The translations under genes were made by a program, and so were the position numbers. Of a stretch of DNA of 64,000 nt, positions 63,809 to 64,000 are shown piece after piece. How positions within the stretch are numbered: position 1 is the stretch's first letter; every line of letters begins with the position of its first letter. Source of the stretch: Raillietiella orientalis (Eukaryota); the NCBI GenBank assembly GCA_036172245.1, contig JAYWIR010000040.1, positions 372,001 to 436,000 of the forward strand, in the 5' to 3' direction. The notes under the pieces are model-generated. The model saw only the letters and a list, made by a program, of their open reading frames with translations. It was not told the DNA's origin and did no database searches.

Positions 63809-64000
63809 GTCTGCAAGAGAGGTGGCTGATTTCTGGTTTCGTGAAAGTTTTTTTTTTTTTTTCCTTCCTTCCACTTTTCGTTTTTTTTTCTCGAAGAATA
63901 TTTTAAACACGCGGAGGGACACCATTCGGTAGCCTCGTTGGGCTTGATGTCATTTCGCTTTAATTAAATTCAAGTGTTCGTTTGCCCTTTTCTCTCCGTC

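Noticed and set aside
1..64000. CRISPR array, rRNA, operon or other prokaryotic system
   Set aside because: No regularly spaced repeats or rRNA signatures; the spliced SCAP gene, microsatellites and poly-A/T runs show this is eukaryotic nuclear DNA.

Overview
Eukaryotic (animal, probably arthropod-like) genomic DNA with two compositionally distinct halves. The AT-rich left half (1 to ~28.0 kb) carries nine coding exons of a SCAP (SREBP cleavage-activating protein) gene on the minus strand. It starts at ATG 21385, all introns are GT-AG with compatible phases, and 994 codons are recovered; the remaining WD40 exons were not found and probably lie left of the window. Its introns range from 44 nt to ~6 kb and hold decayed transposons, including a P-element-superfamily relic interrupted by a LINE 3' fragment with a 17-bp target-site duplication. 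At ~28027 the sequence switches abruptly to GC/CpG-rich DNA, exactly at the edge of one arm of a near-perfect 2017-bp inverted duplication (28027-30043 vs 43835-45851) of an old, decayed L1/Tx1-like reverse transcriptase. The GC-rich half is mostly frameshifted LINE, LTR and hAT relics, plus a CpG-island-like block (~56.4-59 kb) with a candidate first coding exon of an unidentified plus-strand gene. Transposon calls rest on by-eye motif recognition in frameshifted sequence and need HMM confirmation. I found no evidence for a new multi-gene system. The best leads are the non-canonical regulatory residues of this SCAP and the recent inverted duplication at the compositional boundary.
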